A stretch of DNA of 32,000 bases from Blochmannia endosymbiont of Camponotus nipponensis (GTDB taxonomy: Bacteria; Pseudomonadota; Gammaproteobacteria; Enterobacterales; Enterobacteriaceae): contig NZ_CP046534.1 in NCBI RefSeq assembly GCF_009827135.1, positions 1 to 32,000 of the forward strand, in the 5' to 3' direction. Positions 11,258-21,420 of the stretch are shown in pieces. The translations under genes and the position numbers were made by a program. Positions within the stretch are counted from its first letter, which is position 1. Every line of letters begins with the position of its first letter. Under the pieces are notes generated by a model. It worked only from the letters and a program-made list of their open reading frames with translations. It was not told the origin of the DNA and ran no database searches.

Positions 11258-11640
11258 ATTAAAATTCCACTGTAAACAGATAACAAAATAGTCAGCATAA
11301 ATATAACTTTTGCACTAACTCTTCCTATTAATAATGTTTGATCTAAACACCCGAAATCCATTAAAATTTGACGGATACCAGCAACTATATGATAACTAAA
11401 TACAATTGTAACTATCCAAAATAAAAACTTAAAAATATAATGATTTATTAATAAAAAACGATAAATCTTACAAAATTCATTATTAGAAGATAAAGATAAT
11501 TTTAATAACCATAGAATAGGACCAATCATTATAAATAAAAAAATTCCAGAAATTCTATGTAAAATAGAAGCAATAGCAGTGATAGGAAACCGTATAGTTC
11601 TTATATTTAAATATATTGGTCTTCGATTTTCTTTAATCAT
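11239..11640 (-). CDS. sdhC: Succinate dehydrogenase cytochrome b556 subunit
   Basis: The ORF track starts at 11742. The internal ATG at 11640 gives MIKENRRPIYLNIRTIRFPITAIASILHRISG, matching E. coli SdhC MIRNVKKQRPVNLDLQTIRFPITAIASILHRVSG. The heme His (SYHIVAGIR) is retained. It overlaps the sdhD start by 19 nt. Confidence 0.9.
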   Translation of the reverse strand: MIKENRRPIYLNIRTIRFPITAIASILHRISGIFLFIMIGPILWLLKLSLSSNNEFCKIYRFLLINHYIFKFLFWIVTIVFSYHIVAGIRQILMDFGCLDQTLLIGRVSAKVIFMLTILLSVYSGILIWYQLN

Positions 11641-13394
11641 ATAAACACTCTTAAATGATAGAATAGTAAATATATATTTACGACAATATGTTTTATATCT
11701 TAAAAAGATTACAAAATAAAAAATAAATGAATAATAAAACAAACGATTATCATTATATTTTACTTTACAAATACATTTATTTTAATATATAAATATCATC
11801 TTTTTAATTTAACGTTTTCAGATTGCACTAACTTTTACCAAAATTATAACAAATGATTAGATCATATGTAATACTATATCCTGTATATTATTAATAATTT
11901 AATAATATTGTTAAAATTTAGAATTATATTTGGTATTTTTATTGTTAATACGGATATATTTATAAAAAATACAGTCTGATAGATTACAATTTTAATCTAT
12001 ATGAAATAATATAAAAACTAACACATTCAAATTAATGATATCTTGCTATCAAAGTACCAAAAATTTATTTTTTAAAAAAACTTGCACTATCTTGATTTTA
12101 AGTCACATAATATTGCTAATTTTTTGTTAATTCACTACACATTACTATAGCTTGAAGATATGATTGACAATAATATACAATTATAAACAACTTAACATTT
12201 AAATAATAAACATGTGTTTTTTATAAAAATTCTTATTTCAATACTAATGCGTCATTGAACTTGTGCAAAAATTAATTTTTATTTTTAACAAAAATAATCA
12301 AACAACAAAATTATATATTTTATTTGCTATTTAAATTCTTATATCTGTCACATTTTTCAAACCTGAAGAATTTATATTTATGATAACTTCAATCATGAAC
12401 CTATAGAGAACCAATAATATTGGTTGTGTTATTTCAATTACCTATACATAAGTTGCGTATTCAAAATAAAAGATTCATAGATAAATAATGCGAAATTTGT
12501 AAGCATAAATAAATTATAAAACATGCAAATATATTTTCAGTGTTACATGAAGTATGAGTACCTAGATACATATACCTATACTTCCTACATGTATTAAAAA
12601 AATGAAATTTTATAGTTTTGTGCTAATAAACAATTCACTTTATATCAATGTTACTTATATAGTATATATACATACATTTAATTTTAAAACTAGCAATAAA
12701 TTGTAGTATCATTGTTACCTAAATATATCATTAATACGATTAATAACAAAATTCATCGTTATTTTTACACATTAACAAACGACCGTTCAAACAATAATTT
12801 TAAACACCTACAAAATTATATAAAAGTAAAATTCCACCGACTATATTTTAAATAATCAAACATTACTGATAAAACAACATATGTATTAAATATATAGATA
12901 TTTTTTAAAAAGTACAAAAAAGATATATACTGCCTATATAATAAATATGATAATCACTTATTCAAAATTATAATTTTTAAACACTTTAACTTTAATGCAT
13001 CGAACCTCTTATAAAAACGTTACAAGACAGGGCAAAATAATATACAACCATAATTACAATTATAGCAGACACATACTTTTAATTCTTTTAATATACATAC
13101 GCATTGGATTTATAAATATATAACAAATGATTATATTAAAAGGAATATTAATAGTTCTATATACAATTGAATTTTATTGTAAGAATAATAAATACAAATT
13201 TTATCCTACATCACGAGCATTCATAATACAATATAAACGTACGTATACTAATATAGATAATAAAGATATAATTTTTTATTCATATTTTATAAAATAAAAT
13301 TATATTCAAACTATTATTGAAAAATGATGAAAAACTAATAATTGTAATTATTTGATGATTATTTTATTCAATCCATTATCATTGATCTTTTATC
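11641..13394. other. Long ORF-free A+T-rich spacer at the ancestral gltA position (possible fully eroded pseudogene DNA)
   Basis: No ORF of 60 aa or more appears in any frame in the supplied track across about 1.75 kb. The spacer is flanked by the sdhC start and the pgm stop. In E. coli, gltA diverges from sdhC at this junction. I could not recognise convincing GltA peptide remnants by eye. Confidence 0.6.
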
Positions 13395-15053
13395 TTATGA
13401 TGTTTTTATTATAGCATCAATAATACTTATTATTTCCTGTTCTATTTGTTTTCTATGAGAAACATTCAAAAAGCTTTCACAATAAATTTTATATACTGGT
13501 TCTGTACCTGATACACGGCACGCTGCCCAACCATTATGAGTCATAATTTTTACACCATCCATGAATATTTGATTATTTGATGAAACTACATTTAATATTT
13601 TAATGATAGGATCATTTGCTAATTCTGTCATATTAATCTGATGAAATAATGTATTGGAAATAAGGGATTTCTGTATATAATTAATGGGTAATTGAATACG
13701 ATTATAGCTAGATATACTGAAATTTTGAATCAATTGATCATAATACTTTTGTAAAGATGTATCACTAATAGCAATTATTTCAGCTGCTAATAGACACATG
13801 ATAAATCCATCTTTATCAGTAGACCATGGCGAACAATAAAAATCTAAAAAAGATGCTCCTGCACTTTCTTCGCCCACAAAACCAAAACAACTATTGAATA
13901 GTCCTTGAGCAAACCATTTAAAACCTACTGGTACTTCTAATAATTGACGATTAAGATTCTGTGCTACATGATTTATCATAGTACTAGATACATAAGTTTT
14001 TCCTATAGATAATAAATGATTGCGCCACAATGGACGATTTTTGAAAAGATAATTAATTGCGATAGCAAGATAATGATTGGGTTGTATTAAACCCAAAGAA
14101 GTAATAATGCCATGTCTATCACAGTCCGGATCATTAACTAAAAGCAAATCAAAATTACCATACGATTGTAACACTCCAGCCATGGCAAATTCAGAAGAAC
14201 AGTCTATTCGGATACAGCCATCATAATCAAGATGTATGAAACTAAAAGTTTTATCAATCTTCTCACTAATTAAATGTAAATCCAATTGATAATCTTGAGC
14301 GATATTTTGCCAATAATCTATACTTGATCCACTTAAAGGATGTACTCCTAATTTTAAACCAGATGTTTTTATAGCGTTCATATCAATTATTGTAGACAAC
14401 TTTTTTACATAACTCGGAATAAAATCTTGTATGTGTATATAACCGCTTTTCCAAGCACTATTTAATGTCATACGATGCACATTTTGTAAATTATTTATTA
14501 AAAATTTATTAGCAATTCGTTCAATTGCACGAGTTATATTAGTAGAAGCGGGTCCTCCATGTGTTGAGTTATATTTTATTCCACCATATTCGGGTGGATT
14601 ATGAGAAGACGTGATAATGATTCCGTCAGCTTTTTTAGAACAATTATTATGATGATTTTTATTATATTGAGTAATAGCGTGAGAAATAACAGGAGTCGGA
14701 GTATATCCATTATTTGTTTGAATAATAACATCAACAAAATTCGCCGTTAATACTTCAAGTACAGATATGAATGCTGGTTCAGAAAGAATGTGCGTATCTT
14801 TTCCAATATAACATGGACCAGTTATACCTTGCTGTGCACGCACTTGTGCAATTGATTGGCTAATAGCTAATATATGAGCTTCATTAAAATTGTATTTCTG
14901 AGAACTTCCACGATGACCTGATGTACCAAATACAACATTATGAGCACTGTTACTTGGATCCGGGGACAAAGTATAATATTGTGTTATTAAGCGAGACATA
15001 TCAATAATTTCATTATATGGGATAAGTTGCCCGGAACGAACATGATTTTTCAT
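13395..15053 (-). CDS. pgm: Phosphoglucomutase
   Basis: 552 aa. FGTSGHRGS, the active-site TSSHNPPEYGGIKYN, and GEESAGASF and WSTDKDG motifs are present. It is collinear with E. coli Pgm (546 aa). Confidence 0.95.
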   Translation of the reverse strand: MKNHVRSGQLIPYNEIIDMSRLITQYYTLSPDPSNSAHNVVFGTSGHRGSSQKYNFNEAHILAISQSIAQVRAQQGITGPCYIGKDTHILSEPAFISVLEVLTANFVDVIIQTNNGYTPTPVISHAITQYNKNHHNNCSKKADGIIITSSHNPPEYGGIKYNSTHGGPASTNITRAIERIANKFLINNLQNVHRMTLNSAWKSGYIHIQDFIPSYVKKLSTIIDMNAIKTSGLKLGVHPLSGSSIDYWQNIAQDYQLDLHLISEKIDKTFSFIHLDYDGCIRIDCSSEFAMAGVLQSYGNFDLLLVNDPDCDRHGIITSLGLIQPNHYLAIAINYLFKNRPLWRNHLLSIGKTYVSSTMINHVAQNLNRQLLEVPVGFKWFAQGLFNSCFGFVGEESAGASFLDFYCSPWSTDKDGFIMCLLAAEIIAISDTSLQKYYDQLIQNFSISSYNRIQLPINYIQKSLISNTLFHQINMTELANDPIIKILNVVSSNNQIFMDGVKIMTHNGWAACRVSGTEPVYKIYCESFLNVSHRKQIEQEIISIIDAIIKTS

Positions 15054-15317
15054 ATAAATATTTCCTATATTGATTATTCTTTAATGTAAAAATTATTATA
15101 ATCTCTCTTCATAAAATCTATCGATATATTAATGTTATAATTTTTAGTACATAAAGAAATATGAAAAATATGTTTTAATAGCCACATTATATTAACACTT
15201 TCAGGCTGCAGCAATAACGATCTGTGTCGATTAAGCAAGTATTGTCATATGTATTAAATACATATATTATTTAATTATTATTAACAGCGTCTTCATGCTA
15301 TTACAACAGTACATTAA

Positions 15318-16082
15318 ATGCAGCTAAATTATAGATTACGAACGCTTAAAACTATATATAAGAAAACTCCAGTAATATTAATCCATGGACTTTTTGGTGA
15401 TCTTAATAATCTTAGAATAATTGCTGAAAGCTTGGCTCAACATTGTTATGTTGTACAAGTTGATTTGCGTAATCATGGTCGTTCTCCTCATGAACAATCT
15501 ATGACTTATTCTATCATGGCAAAAGACATCTTAGATTTATTAGAGCAATTATCAATAAAAAAGTGTATAATTATTGGGCATTCAATGGGAGGAAAAGTGG
15601 CTATGAAACTATGCATGCTAGCACCTCAGCGCATAAGTAAAGTCATAGTTATTGATATAGCTCCAGTAAAATATAATGCACATAGTCATGATGACATTTT
15701 TCGCGCGATTGAATATATTAATAATTCTGGAGTAAAAAGTAGAGACGAAGCTGTACGCCTTATGCAACAATGTTCTATTGATAGGACATTAATATTGTTT
15801 TTATTAAAATCTTTCCGAAAAGGATCTTGGATTTTTAATTTTTCTTCTATTAAAAATAATTATATTTATATTAATGACTGGGACACATACCAAACTTGGT
15901 GGGGTCCAGCTTTATTTATTAAAGGCGCATTGTCTTCATATCTGGATGATTGTTATCTGCATGATATCTATCATCAATTTCCTCAAGCATATATTCAAAA
16001 AATACCTAACGCAGGACATTGGGTGCATTGGGATAATTCCATACATGTATTAAATATAATTCACAAATTTATTATCTATTAA
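15318..16082 (+). CDS. ybfF: Alpha/beta-hydrolase esterase YbfF
   Basis: 254 aa, the same length as E. coli YbfF. PVILIHGLFG, the nucleophile elbow GHSMGG and C-terminal AGHWVH are present. The position between pgm and fldA is syntenic. Confidence 0.85.
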   Translation: MQLNYRLRTLKTIYKKTPVILIHGLFGDLNNLRIIAESLAQHCYVVQVDLRNHGRSPHEQSMTYSIMAKDILDLLEQLSIKKCIIIGHSMGGKVAMKLCMLAPQRISKVIVIDIAPVKYNAHSHDDIFRAIEYINNSGVKSRDEAVRLMQQCSIDRTLILFLLKSFRKGSWIFNFSSIKNNYIYINDWDTYQTWWGPALFIKGALSSYLDDCYLHDIYHQFPQAYIQKIPNAGHWVHWDNSIHVLNIIHKFIIY

Positions 16083-16313
16083 TTCATAAAATATATATTA
16101 TATATTTTTATTTTATCATTTTACTCTAAAAGTTTATATAAACATAACAAATAAATAACACTAATGATTTTTTATTTTGATTAAGTGTTGTAAAAATGAT
16201 ATCATAAACAAATTATAGTAACATCAATGCTGTAATAGATTTTAAAAATTGGATGTGTTTTAGTTAACAATAACAATATATTTTTAATTATATAAGTATA
16301 AGGCTGAAATATT

Positions 16314-16853
16314 ATGGGAGTAGCATTAGTAGGTATTTTTTTCAGTAGTGATACAGGTAATACCGAAAAACTTGCTAAAATGATTCAGACGCAGTTGGGG
16401 CAGGATATTGCTGATATTTTTGATATAGCTATAACTTCTAAAGAAGATATAGAAAATTACAATAATTTATTATTTGGAATTCCTACCTGGTACTATGGAG
16501 AACCTCAATGTGATTGGGATTCTTTTTTACCTGTCCTAAGAAATATTAATTTCTCTGAAAAAAAAGTAGCAATATTTGGATGTGGAGATCAAGAAGATTA
16601 TGCAGAATATTTTTGTGATGCGATGAGTATCCTATATGATATTATTTTGAAAAATGGAGCCACTGTTATAGGGTTATGGCCTGCATCCGGTTATCATTTT
16701 GATACATCAAAAAGTTTAATTGGTACAGATAAATTTGTAGGATTAGCTATTGATGAAGATCGTCAACCTGAAATGACAGAAATACGCGTACAACACTGGG
16801 TTAATCAAATTCGGAATGAGATGAACATTAATAATCCCACTATATCACCATAG
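16314..16853 (+). CDS. fldA: Flavodoxin 1
   Basis: 179 aa. GIFFSSDTGNTEKLAKMIQ, GIPTWYYGEPQCDWD and FGCGDQEDYAEYFCDA are near-identical to E. coli FldA. Confidence 0.95.
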   Translation: MGVALVGIFFSSDTGNTEKLAKMIQTQLGQDIADIFDIAITSKEDIENYNNLLFGIPTWYYGEPQCDWDSFLPVLRNINFSEKKVAIFGCGDQEDYAEYFCDAMSILYDIILKNGATVIGLWPASGYHFDTSKSLIGTDKFVGLAIDEDRQPEMTEIRVQHWVNQIRNEMNINNPTISP

Positions 16854-16901
16854 ATATAGTGTATAAACATTAATATAATGATAGTTAAAATAAACCGAAT
16901 T

Positions 16902-16942
16902 TATATACGAATATATTCGTATATATTTGGAATATGCATTCC
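16902..16942. terminator. Candidate bidirectional terminator between convergent fldA and glnS
   Basis: There is a perfect 24-nt palindrome TATATACGAATATATTCGTATATA (16902-16925) followed by TTT. A second small hairpin GGAAT-ATGC-ATTCC follows at 16929-16942. The elements lie in the 172-nt spacer between two convergent genes. Confidence 0.4.
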
Positions 16943-17025
16943 TAATATATTTCAATAATAATTAACTAAATAGTTAGAGTGATCGCATTAATAAGATAAA
17001 AAATAATAATTTTTACCATATTTGT

Positions 17026-18690
17026 TTAATAAATATTAGACTTCTTTAAGGTTACTATCCTGTTGAATACTGGATAATATTTTTTGGAGTAACGTTTGTC
17101 TATAATGAAATACCCTTCTCGTTCAATTTGATAAACGCTAGAATTATAAGGTTGCACTATACTGTCTTCAACCACTCCTTTAGAAATAGTTAAAGATTTA
17201 GGATCAATATTATTCGATAAGTTATCCGTAATAGAGGAAGGATTAGGATGGGTGAATAATTTATCATACAAACGAAATTCCGCTGCTATATTTCTTGTTG
17301 CTGATACCCAATGAATCACTCCTGTAATTTTTCTGCCATCTACTGGATTTTTATGTAAAGTATATGGATCATAACTACAATAAATACAAATGATATTTCC
17401 TCTATTATCTTTCTGTATGCTTTCTGCTTTTATAACATATGCATACCTTAATCGTACCTCTTTACCTAAGGTTAACTTATAGCATTTTTTATCATGTAAT
17501 ATTTCACAAAAATCCAAACGATCAATAAAAATCTCTTTACTAAACATCACATAACGAAACCCCATCTTAAAATTATTAGGATGATTTGGCATTTCTACTT
17601 TTTCCTCATATCCTTCAGGTAAATTATTGATAATAATTTTTATTGGATTGATTACAGCCATAAGTCGAGGTGCGTTTTTGTTTAAATCTGCTCGAATACA
17701 TGATTCTAAAAATGACAATTTTATTTGACTTTCCTGTTTACTAACACCGATACGATGACAAAATTCACGAATTGATCTAGCTGTATATCCCCTACGTCGT
17801 AATCCAGAAATAGTAGGAATACGAGGATCATCCCATCCTTCAACTATGTTTTTTGTAACTAAAATGTTAAGTTTTCGTTTAGATGTAATCACGTATTCTA
17901 AATTAAGACGGGAAAATTCATATTGAGTAGGATGTATATTTATATCAATATTATTTAATATCCAATTATATAAAATACGATTATCTTGAAATTCTAAAGT
18001 ACATAAAGAGTGAGTAATACCTTCTATTGCATCTGAAATACAATGACTAAAATCATATGTTGGATAAATACACCAATCTTCTCCAATACGATGATGCGGA
18101 GCGTATTTAATACGATATAATACTGGATCTCGCATAACCATAGAAAAAGAGGACATATTAATTTTCGCACGTAAACAAGCACCGCCTTCAGGAAAGTCTC
18201 CATCCCGCATTTTAGAAAAATAAATTAAATTCTCTTTAATACTACGAGAGCGATATGGACTATTTTTTCCTGAATGCGTTAATGTACCACGATATTGTTT
18301 AATTTCATTTGTAGATAATTCATCTACGTAAGCTAATCCTTTTTTAATTAATTTAATCGCATAATGATAGAACTCTTCGACATAATCTGATGAATAATGT
18401 ACATCTCCATGCCATACAAAACCAAGCCATTGAATGTCATGCTTAATAGCTTCAACATATTCTTCATGCTCTTTTTCTGGATTGGTATCATCAAAACGTA
18501 AATTACATTGACCATGATAACGTTCAGCAATACCAAAATTGAGACAAATAGCTTTAGCATGTCCAATATGTAAATATCCATTAGGCTCTGGAGCAAATCG
18601 TGTACGCACATCAGTACATTTTTTTGATTCTAAATCTTTATCAATAATATAATGAATAAAATTAGGTCGATAATTCATAAGAATATTCAT
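17026..18690 (-). CDS. glnS: Glutaminyl-tRNA synthetase
   Basis: 554 aa, the same length as E. coli GlnRS. The class I motifs are present: HIGH ([13 protein letters not shown]) and the KMSKS-equivalent VITSKRKL. Similarity is full length. Confidence 0.97.
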   Translation of the reverse strand: MNILMNYRPNFIHYIIDKDLESKKCTDVRTRFAPEPNGYLHIGHAKAICLNFGIAERYHGQCNLRFDDTNPEKEHEEYVEAIKHDIQWLGFVWHGDVHYSSDYVEEFYHYAIKLIKKGLAYVDELSTNEIKQYRGTLTHSGKNSPYRSRSIKENLIYFSKMRDGDFPEGGACLRAKINMSSFSMVMRDPVLYRIKYAPHHRIGEDWCIYPTYDFSHCISDAIEGITHSLCTLEFQDNRILYNWILNNIDINIHPTQYEFSRLNLEYVITSKRKLNILVTKNIVEGWDDPRIPTISGLRRRGYTARSIREFCHRIGVSKQESQIKLSFLESCIRADLNKNAPRLMAVINPIKIIINNLPEGYEEKVEMPNHPNNFKMGFRYVMFSKEIFIDRLDFCEILHDKKCYKLTLGKEVRLRYAYVIKAESIQKDNRGNIICIYCSYDPYTLHKNPVDGRKITGVIHWVSATRNIAAEFRLYDKLFTHPNPSSITDNLSNNIDPKSLTISKGVVEDSIVQPYNSSVYQIEREGYFIIDKRYSKKYYPVFNRIVTLKKSNIY

Positions 18691-18768
18691 TTATTCACCT
18701 TTTTATAAATATAAATAATCACTGATTAATATATAGATAATACGTTCATCACTATTTGCAATCACAAT

Positions 18769-18803
18769 GATTGATTATTGTTATATTATAACAATAATCA
18801 ATC
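18769..18803. repeat. Perfect inverted repeat (17-nt arms, 1-nt centre) in the glnS/nagB divergent spacer
   Basis: GATTGATTATTGTTATA-T-TATAACAATAATCAATC was read directly. It begins 79 nt upstream of the glnS ATG (18690). Each arm contains three G/C positions, so this is not just an A/T run. Confidence 0.7.
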
Positions 18804-19402
18804 AATTTGTTAAAATATTAATTTATATAAAAACTACAATCTTTAACACATAACATCATGGTAATTATTATTTAGATGTATATGCACAAATTTTAATTTA
18901 TCATTATAAAATTTATTACATTTGATAAAATATACTCGTATTGATTGTATTGTCAGAAAAGTAGTCTATTTAATAGAAAAATCAGCATGAATATGCATCA
19001 AGTACAGTGTTATTAATTACAAAAATATATAATTATATTAAAATTAAAAAGCATCAGAGATATTTGCAAAATAAATATATTTATGATAGATATAAATACA
19101 CTATATTTTAGTATTAAAAAATAATTGTAAACTTTATACACCTGATGTATGTATAACTTCAAAATTCACGGACGAATGCAATATAACAATTTTTTTAACA
19201 ATATATATTTTATTTTATATATCTTCTTGTTGCTATTTAAGAATATTGAGTTAATGATCAACTTATATTTAACTATTAACCAATGGATCATACCTTATCT
19301 ACAATTAAACATATATGTGCATGTGCACAATTTTAGTGTTTATTGAATTTTTCAATACTGAAAAACCAATTTATTATCAGTTTAATTACACAAGGATCCT
19401 AC

Positions 19403-20206
19403 ATGAGAGTTATATTCCTAGATACCTATGATCACGTTGCTCAATGGGTCGCCCACTATGTGGTTTATCAAATTAATTCCTTCCATCCTACTATTGATAA
19501 ACCATTTGTATTAGGTCTACCGACAGGTAGAACTCCAATGAAAACTTATAAAAATATTATAACAATGCATCAGTCTAGTCAAATAAGTTTTAAATATGTG
19601 ATAATATTCACTATGGATGAATATTTTGGTTTATCTTGTGAAGATCCAAAAAGTTACCATGCTTTTATACATACAAATTTTATTAATCATATTGATATCC
19701 CTAAAGAAAATGTCTACGTTCTAAATGGAGATACCAATGATATTAAAAATGAATGTAAACAATATGAAGAAAAAATAAAATCATATGGAGGGATTGATTT
19801 ACTTATAGGAGGCGTTGGAAGTGATGGGCACCTTGCTTTTAATGAGCCTGGCTCATCTTTAACGTCACGTACTAGAATTAAAAATTTAAGCAAAGAAACT
19901 CGTATATCGAACTCTAAATTTTTTAATGATAATATTGATTCTGTTCCTAAATTTGCATTGACTATTGGAATTGCTACGTTGTTAGAATCAAAAGAAATAA
20001 TAATAATTGCAACTGGACTAGATAAAGCAGTAGCAGTACAGGCAGCAATTGAAGGTAGTATTAATCACATGTGGACTATTACTTGTTTACAGTTACATCC
20101 TAAATCAATATTAGTATGCGATGAATTATCAACTATGGAATTAAAAATAAAAACAGTTAAATATTTTCAAGAGTTAGAAATAAACAATCAAACAATCACA
20201 ATATAA
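19403..20206 (+). CDS. nagB: Glucosamine-6-phosphate deaminase
   Basis: The ORF track starts at 19343 (TTG). The ATG at 19403 gives [21 protein letters not shown], matching E. coli NagB [21 protein letters not shown], and is preceded by AAGGA at 19392-19396. [36 protein letters not shown] and [13 protein letters not shown] are present. Confidence 0.95.
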   Translation: MRVIFLDTYDHVAQWVAHYVVYQINSFHPTIDKPFVLGLPTGRTPMKTYKNIITMHQSSQISFKYVIIFTMDEYFGLSCEDPKSYHAFIHTNFINHIDIPKENVYVLNGDTNDIKNECKQYEEKIKSYGGIDLLIGGVGSDGHLAFNEPGSSLTSRTRIKNLSKETRISNSKFFNDNIDSVPKFALTIGIATLLESKEIIIIATGLDKAVAVQAAIEGSINHMWTITCLQLHPKSILVCDELSTMELKIKTVKYFQELEINNQTITI

Positions 20207-20233
20207 TTTTTTCTACTTTTTATTTTTACAAAT

Positions 20234-21394
20234 ATGTATGCTTTAACTAATAGCAAAATATATACTGGTAAAGAAATTCTTGACAATCATGCACTAATAG
20301 TTTCCAACGATATCATTAAAGCTATTTGCTTTACTAGTGAATTACCTAAAAACATAGATATATATGATCTATCAGGATATATATTGACACCTGGATTTAT
20401 AGACTTACAGGTTAATGGATGCGGTGGTGTGCAATTTAACGATCATATAAATGCAATATCAGTATGTACACTAAAGACAATGCAAAGAACTAATCAATCC
20501 TCAGGTTGCACTAGCTTTCTACCAACATTAATTACCAGTAATGATATTTTAATACAACATGCTGTTGAAGTTATGCGCACTTTTTTATCCAAAAATAAAA
20601 ACCAAGCTTTAGGATTACATCTAGAGGGTCCATTTATAAATTCTATAAAAAAAGGTGTACATGATCCTATATTAATTCGTGTCCCAACAAAAAAAATGAT
20701 AAATTATCTATGTAATAATAGTGATGTTATAAAAAAAATAACTCTTGCTCCTGAACAATTAGACATGATTGTTATTCAAAAATTACAAAAATCAGGGATT
20801 TGCATTGCCATTGGACATTCTAACGCTACTTATAGCCAAACACGATTTAGTTTCTCATATGGTGTTAGTTTTGGAACTCATTTATTTAATGCCATGCCTC
20901 CATTAACTGCTCGTGAACCTGGTGTTATTGGAGCCATTTTTGATGTACCAGAAATATATTGTAGTATTATAGCTGATGGTCATCATGTTCATTGGGCTAA
21001 TATTAGATATGCTAAAAAAATCAAAGGAAATCGTTTAATTTTAGTGACTGATGCTACTAGTCCTGCAGGCACAAATACTCTAGTATCTAGTTTTCTCTTT
21101 TCTAACAAAATTATATATCACCGTAACCACATATGTGTAGATAGTACAGGTATACTTAGTGGATCTACTTTAACCATGATGCAAGCAATAAAAAATAGTG
21201 TTAAATATGCTGGAATACCATTAGATGAGGCTTTACGTATGGCTACACTATATCCAGCAAAAGCGATAGGAGTAGAACATTATTTAGGAAGTTTAGAAAT
21301 CAACAAAATTGCTAATTTAACCGTTTTTAATCAAGAGTATCAAATTAAAAAAACCATTGTTAACGGAAAAATCATTAACATATCATTTTTATAA
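20234..21394 (+). CDS. nagA: N-acetylglucosamine-6-phosphate deacetylase
   Basis: 386 aa. MYALTNSKIYTG matches E. coli MYALTQGRIFTG. NGCGGVQFND, LHLEGPF, GHSNAT and LVTDAT motifs are present. Confidence 0.95.
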   Translation: MYALTNSKIYTGKEILDNHALIVSNDIIKAICFTSELPKNIDIYDLSGYILTPGFIDLQVNGCGGVQFNDHINAISVCTLKTMQRTNQSSGCTSFLPTLITSNDILIQHAVEVMRTFLSKNKNQALGLHLEGPFINSIKKGVHDPILIRVPTKKMINYLCNNSDVIKKITLAPEQLDMIVIQKLQKSGICIAIGHSNATYSQTRFSFSYGVSFGTHLFNAMPPLTAREPGVIGAIFDVPEIYCSIIADGHHVHWANIRYAKKIKGNRLILVTDATSPAGTNTLVSSFLFSNKIIYHRNHICVDSTGILSGSTLTMMQAIKNSVKYAGIPLDEALRMATLYPAKAIGVEHYLGSLEINKIANLTVFNQEYQIKKTIVNGKIINISFL

Positions 21395-21420
21395 TTTATC
21401 TATGTTAGAACATAGATAAA
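21395..21420 (+). terminator. Weak hairpin immediately after the nagA stop (possible terminator)
   Basis: TTTATCTATGTT-AG-AACATAGATAAA has 12-nt complementary arms starting 1 nt after the nagA TAA. There is no clear U-tract, so support is limited. Confidence 0.3.

Noticed and set aside
11847-11859. 13-mer TAACAAATGATTA recurring three times in spacers (11847-11859, 13121-13133, 22275-22287)
   Set aside because: A rough calculation with about 37 percent A, 37 percent T and 13 percent each of G and C predicts several chance triple occurrences of some 13-mer in 64 kb of two-strand sequence. The flanks do not extend the match.
13102-13220. Possible GltA peptide relics in the long spacer: H-W-I-Y-K (13102-13116, compare GHRVYK) and L-H-H-E-H (13206-13220, compare LHADHEQ)
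   Set aside because: The matches are only 3-4 residues each. They also occur in the wrong order for a plus-strand gltA, since HRVYK should follow HADHEQ. They are indistinguishable from chance by eye.
18348-18611. 87-aa same-strand alternative-frame ORF inside glnS
   Set aside because: It is out of frame with the full-length GlnRS ORF, which aligns end-to-end with E. coli GlnRS. There is no independent support.
19149-19346. 65-aa ORF in the glnS-nagB spacer, and the TTG-extended nagB start at 19343
   Set aside because: The translation is low-complexity Asn/Ile/Tyr/Phe with no Shine-Dalgarno and no similarity to NagE or anything else I recognise. The NagB alignment and the AAGGA site support the ATG at 19403 instead.
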